The notes beneath the pieces were generated by a model. The model was given only the letters and a program-made list of their open reading frames with translations. It was not told the origin of the DNA and did no database searches. DNA of 63,994 bases, filler included, from Sphacelaria rigidula (Eukaryota): NCBI GenBank assembly GCA_964200075.2. It is 3 parts of 3 records of this genome, joined end to end, with 100 filler letters (N's around TTAATTAATTAA, not from the genome) between each part and the next. Parts side by side here need not be neighbours in the genome. Positions count along the whole stretch, not along the records: positions 43,096 to 63,994 come from CAXNAA020000481.1; 2 more parts are not named here. One strand, given 5' to 3'. Below are positions 59,701 to 63,994 of this stretch, piece after piece (the first letter of the stretch is position 1; every line of letters begins with the position of its first letter). The translations under genes were made by a program, and so were the position numbers.

Positions 59701-62541
59701 CGGTAGTGATCTTGCCTTGGTGGTGTCGTTGCTGCATGCCTGTGTCGTAGTGGCGACTTGCATGCAGGCGACTTTGAAAACGCTGGTATACCGCTGGTCA
59801 GTGCTGAATATGCATGCATTGTTGCGACTTCTTGTCTTCATCTCGCCCGCTACTCAGCTGGACGCCGTCATCAAACTCCTGCCTCGTCTCCAGTATGGGC
59901 TTGACGTGAATGTCCGCTTCAACAGCGTCCGCGGTTTTGAGTTCACGGAGGAGATGGCGGCATTTGATTTGACTGGTATCACTCTCCTACATGGATGGGT
60001 TTTGGACCCGGAGGACAAACGTACGGTGAGTTGGCGATCCACCTCATCTACAGTGGTGTTCAGCGCACTCGTCCAGTGGTGTCGGTTGAAGTAAATCACG
60101 CAGCGTTTGATGGTGGTGAAATGTAAGCATCCCTACCCCCCTCATGACTGTTGCCGTTTTACTTCGTGCCGCAGACAGCTGTCCTGGACGGCATGTCGTA
60201 CAACAAGCTGGTGGAGAAACTCCTAGACTTTCGGTCTCTCTCCGTTGACCAGTTGCCCTCAAGCGAGCGACATACGGGTGCTGCTACAAACTCACAGCAG
60301 CCCACCAGTATTGAAAGCAATGATCAAAAATCGTTGAGTATTGCTGAAAATGCTAGTAGTGGTGAAAATGGTGAAAAACCCCAAGAGGAGGGAAGTAACG
60401 AAATAGGACCAGTCAATGTAGGTGGCAACGCATTGCCAGATGACAATACGTCACAGGGCACGCATGCAGTGACTTCTTCAGGGTCAAGAGAAGAACCCAC
60501 AAGCAGCGTCTGCGCGAAAGCATCTGCTGGCAACAAGGTTGACGGCGCCGAGCAGGAGAGATTGAGCGAAACAGCCGTACAAGACTCGGAGTCTGCCCCG
60601 TCAGACGTGAGTGTAAACGGCGTATGTGCACGTTGCGTGGTTTGTGCTAGTCTTCAACCTGGGGTTGGCAGTGGGATGCGTTGGACATATTTTTTGTGAA
60701 AATGACGTCATTTTCACACTCTCCTGGTTAGATAGTCTCGAGCGTGGCATAAAAATCATGTTCAAGCCTCCCGTTGATCTTGTGTTGCGTAATATGTCAT
60801 TTTGCTGAAGATAACGCTGCTGCCGCTTGAACACCTGCGTTGAGGGTTTTTGCGTACCATAGCACACTGTTGATAATTTTTTTGCATGTCAACAACTGCA
60901 CGTTGAGAATAATTCCGCACTATTTTCTAGACCTTCTCATAGCCTGAGCGTTGGCCGCTCACTTATGCAGTCACTGTGTTTGGCGGCCCATGGTGGTTCA
61001 ACGATACTTGAGGCGATGCATCTTATGATTCCTGACCACGTACAGGAACTTCAATGCGGTAGCAGCGGCCCTACCTTCCTGGAAAGTACGAAACTGTCGC
61101 CAACTACGAGTTGGTTCAGATTGAACGCCCAAAATTCATTCCCCGGGATTTCCCCACGCCGTTTTTTCGAGTTGGACCACGAAAATTTGCACCCATGTTC
61201 TTGAGGACACTATCTAGAACTCGAAGAACTTTTTTTTTTTGGTGTCGAGATAGTCGGGATCTGACCCCTCCCGCGGTCAAGTAGGTCAACCACGACCTTG
61301 GATAAAAAGCCACCAACACAAAAAGTAAAAAAAAAAATGGTCTTCGAGTTTCAGGTCGTGCCCTCCAGAACATGTGTGCAAATTTTCGTGGTCTAACTCG
61401 AAAAAACGGCGTGAGGAAATGCCAAAACGTGCGCTGAAGTATAAAAAAGTCGGTAATCACTTGATTAAAGTACAGAATCGCCCTTTGGGGGGTTGTTTTT
61501 ACGACAAAAGACCCAGCCGATTCAGTTTTTCGAGCTGAGCAACGAAAATTGGTACAGATGTTCCTTATGATACCACCTAACCCTGAAATGTCAAAATTTT
61601 GGTGTTGGGGCATTTTGTACCGATTTTCTGGGATCTTTATGCTGGGACCCCCGGAAGCCGGTAGAGAACGGAGGAGCTTTGAAATCTTGCCGAGCACATA
61701 ATTTTTGCATTTGGAGCATCAATACCTACGCAACTGCCAAGTTTGAGGATGATCTGAGCTTTTCTCCAACAGATGAAAGGGAAACCGTCTCGAGGCTTCG
61801 TGGGTCTTTCGTACGTATCATGAGAGCAAATTAGAAGACGCCAAAGCTCCACATCACCTTTTTACGGTTTTGGGCAAAATTCGACCCCGTTGGAACCGTT
61901 TTCAAATTTGTTTCTCCCGTTAGATTCCCAAGCTGATGACGGTTACTACAATTTGAACCATTTGGAGATTCGGTGGAGATTGGGCGTGCAATTCGTGTTT
62001 TCAATTTTGGAACAATTTGAAAGGCGCTGATTGGTCGAAACATATTTGAGTCCATAGCGCCACCGCTGTAGCCTTGAACAAAAATCCGCCCATGTCACCC
62101 TTTTCGTCTGTTCATTGCGGTCAGCATGATACCAGATTTGGTCATTTTGGCTGGGTATTGCGTTCATTAGCCGGGGAATAGATTTTGGGTATTCAACCTG
62201 AACCAGCTTGTTTGGCATTCTGGTGGCCGCTATTGGAGTGGCTGGTCCACTGTTTTTGCCCATGAAATTTCAGATGACGCAGGATTCGCGTCCCACAGCT
62301 CGTTGATGACAGCTGCAGTCCACGACCGCCGTGAGCCAAATGTTGCGACCACCGTCTCGCGTGTTGTCTGTCGTAGGCACAAAATTCTACATGCACTTTG
62401 GATAATCGTTTAGAGCATCCAACAGAAGGAAAGCGCCAGGCGACTGCGGCGCTTTTGAACGATGGGCAAGTGGCTGAAGATTTCTTTCGAGATACTGCAA
62501 GCCAGCTGACGTACTACGGTCTATCAAGATTGCACCAAGAG
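56779..62541 (+). CDS. MINDY1/2: MINDY-1/2 (FAM63) family deubiquitinase, 3' exons beyond the window
   Basis: Phase-0 exons 56779-56832 (MSTSNSYRIKKIRF), 56975-57067 (ILCQNENGPCPLLAICNVLLL, catalytic Cys), 59284-59394, 59858-60025 (LPRLQYGLDVNVRF...FEFT...LLHGWVLDP), 60175-60606 (SYNKLVEKL), 62377-62541 (TASQLTYYGL). Confidence 0.92.
57919..58722. mobile_element. Tc1/mariner-type non-autonomous element in a MINDY intron
   Basis: TIRs cagagggggctctcagtagtgccgg / ccggcactactgagagccccccactg, flanked by TA on both sides; internal cagtagtgcc repeats. Confidence 0.75.
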
Positions 62542-62914
62542 GTATGTATATACACGAGCTGCTTCTGGGAAGATTCCCAGAAGTTCGCTGGCCAGCGTTT
62601 TCTCCGCGGATATGAAGCACGTTCGAGACAACGTGTGTAAATGCTTCTCAGGATGTAGGGAACATGTTGACGTGTTTTTTTTCCAGCTTGGGGCCGTGAA
62701 ACACGAGGCAGGGTCCTAAACTGTGTAGGATATAGTTTTGATGAAATCTCCGAGAAACCACTTGCGCCGCTACTTTGGGGCCGCATTCTCGTAGATATGC
62801 CTTATGTTTGTGTATTTGGTACGCACCGCCAACATTCGTGTACATCCAGCACAAAGTCCCCAAAGGTGCAGAGCGCGTTTCGTGGCTCACAAACAAGTTT
62901 AGAACTCAATGGGC

Positions 62915-63365
62915 CACGAGCTAGGTCGGCCTAGACGCGGATTTGAGCTCTCAAAGCAATATCTCATCGACACAGACGAGTTGGGCCGTGATCTGCATGT
63001 CGTATTAATCGTCTGATCATGGGGAAGATGCCCATATGCTCACAAGTCTGGGTCATTTTTTTCTCGCTGATTAAATCCCATATCTTGTAATTCCTGTACC
63101 GTACGGAGATTGTGTCCATACTAAATTCTATATGAAACCCCGAACGATATATACCGCGGATGATGGCGATTTTTGGTGTGGACATTCGCTGGAGAACGGG
63201 GAAACGATCAATACCTCCACTTTTGCCTAATTGTTTATCTGTCTCGAGATATGGCGCACAGTAGTTTCTGTACTAGAATCAATATATTTCTAGCAGAGGC
63301 ACTTGATGCACTAAATCTGGATGTTGCGTCTCAGTTTTTGAGAGGTGTGCTTTGAAATTTCGTTT
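62915..63365. mobile_element. Family C element, left part
   Basis: cacgagctaggtcggcc start; aligns with 48357-48790. Confidence 0.65.
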
Positions 63366-63861
63366 GGAAAATCGCTACCGCATAATGAAGAAAAAAAACA
63401 ATGTCTTTCGTTTTCTGTCTTTTTTTTTTCAGGGGAATTATGAGGGAAAATGAACAATGGTCTCGGACCTGACCTCAGTTTTTCAGCTTAAATTTAACAA
63501 TTGAGATTTGAAACTTATCACAAAGGAGTGCAAAGGCATGTCGAAGAAGAAAAAATGGACCCTTCAATTTTTGGGGGGAGGGGGAGAGGCCTTCTCGTAA
63601 AAATAGGGTCTCCACTGTACTAGAGCGTCCTAAGCAGGTGAATATATATATATATATCAACCTTTTCCGTTTTTTGGTCGGTTATGGCCTAGCGAGGTCC
63701 AACATAAAGATTCAAGGCACAAGTACCAAACCTGGGCCGGTAAACGGCCTGGAGAATGTTGTTCCAGATTTCGCCCGGCCCGGTTTCCAAATCGTCCCGT
63801 CTCACCTTATTTTTGCGAGTTAGACTTCGAAATTTGGTGGGGAGGGAGAATAGGGCATATG

Positions 63862-63994
63862 CTGAAACGCTGTCGTGCGGGACGCGAAGTTTTTTTTTTT
63901 CGTGAGTTAGCGGTGCTTCCCTAATATCTAGATACTGATTATTGCCCTTGACTAACGAAAAAAAAACTTTGCGTCCCGCACGACAGCGTTTTAG
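63862..63994. repeat. Small fold-back element / MITE with ~40-bp inverted repeats
   Basis: ctgaaacgctgtcgtgcgggacgcgaagttt...cgt vs acgaaa...actttgcgtcccgcacgacagcgttttag. Confidence 0.75.

Overview
Eukaryotic, intron-rich nuclear DNA, most likely from a brown alga (Phaeophyceae). This is inferred from an EsV-1-7 repeat gene, a red-lineage plastid sufC fragment and the intron style. Two artificial 100-bp N/TTAATTAATTAA linkers (21464-21563, 42996-43095) join three contigs. Contig 1 holds the 5' part of a CFAP43-like WD40 flagellar gene: at least 16 phase-consistent exons on +, with a decayed antisense chromodomain Ty3/gypsy element and many MITEs in its introns. Contig 2 is mostly nested non-autonomous DNA transposons. 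It also carries a single-exon ~897-aa protein with 17 tandem 38/39-aa C-x4-C-x16-C-x2-H (EsV-1-7-type) repeats, a variable residue pair per repeat, an NLS-like motif and two SUMO-type motifs. This is the best candidate for a poorly characterised modular (TALE/zinc-finger-like) recognition system. Contig 3 has a tRNA-derived SINE, a plastid DNA insertion (sufC 3' end plus start of trnN), and a small membrane-protein gene head-to-head with a MINDY-1/2 deubiquitinase gene that runs off the window. All calls were made by eye without database searches.
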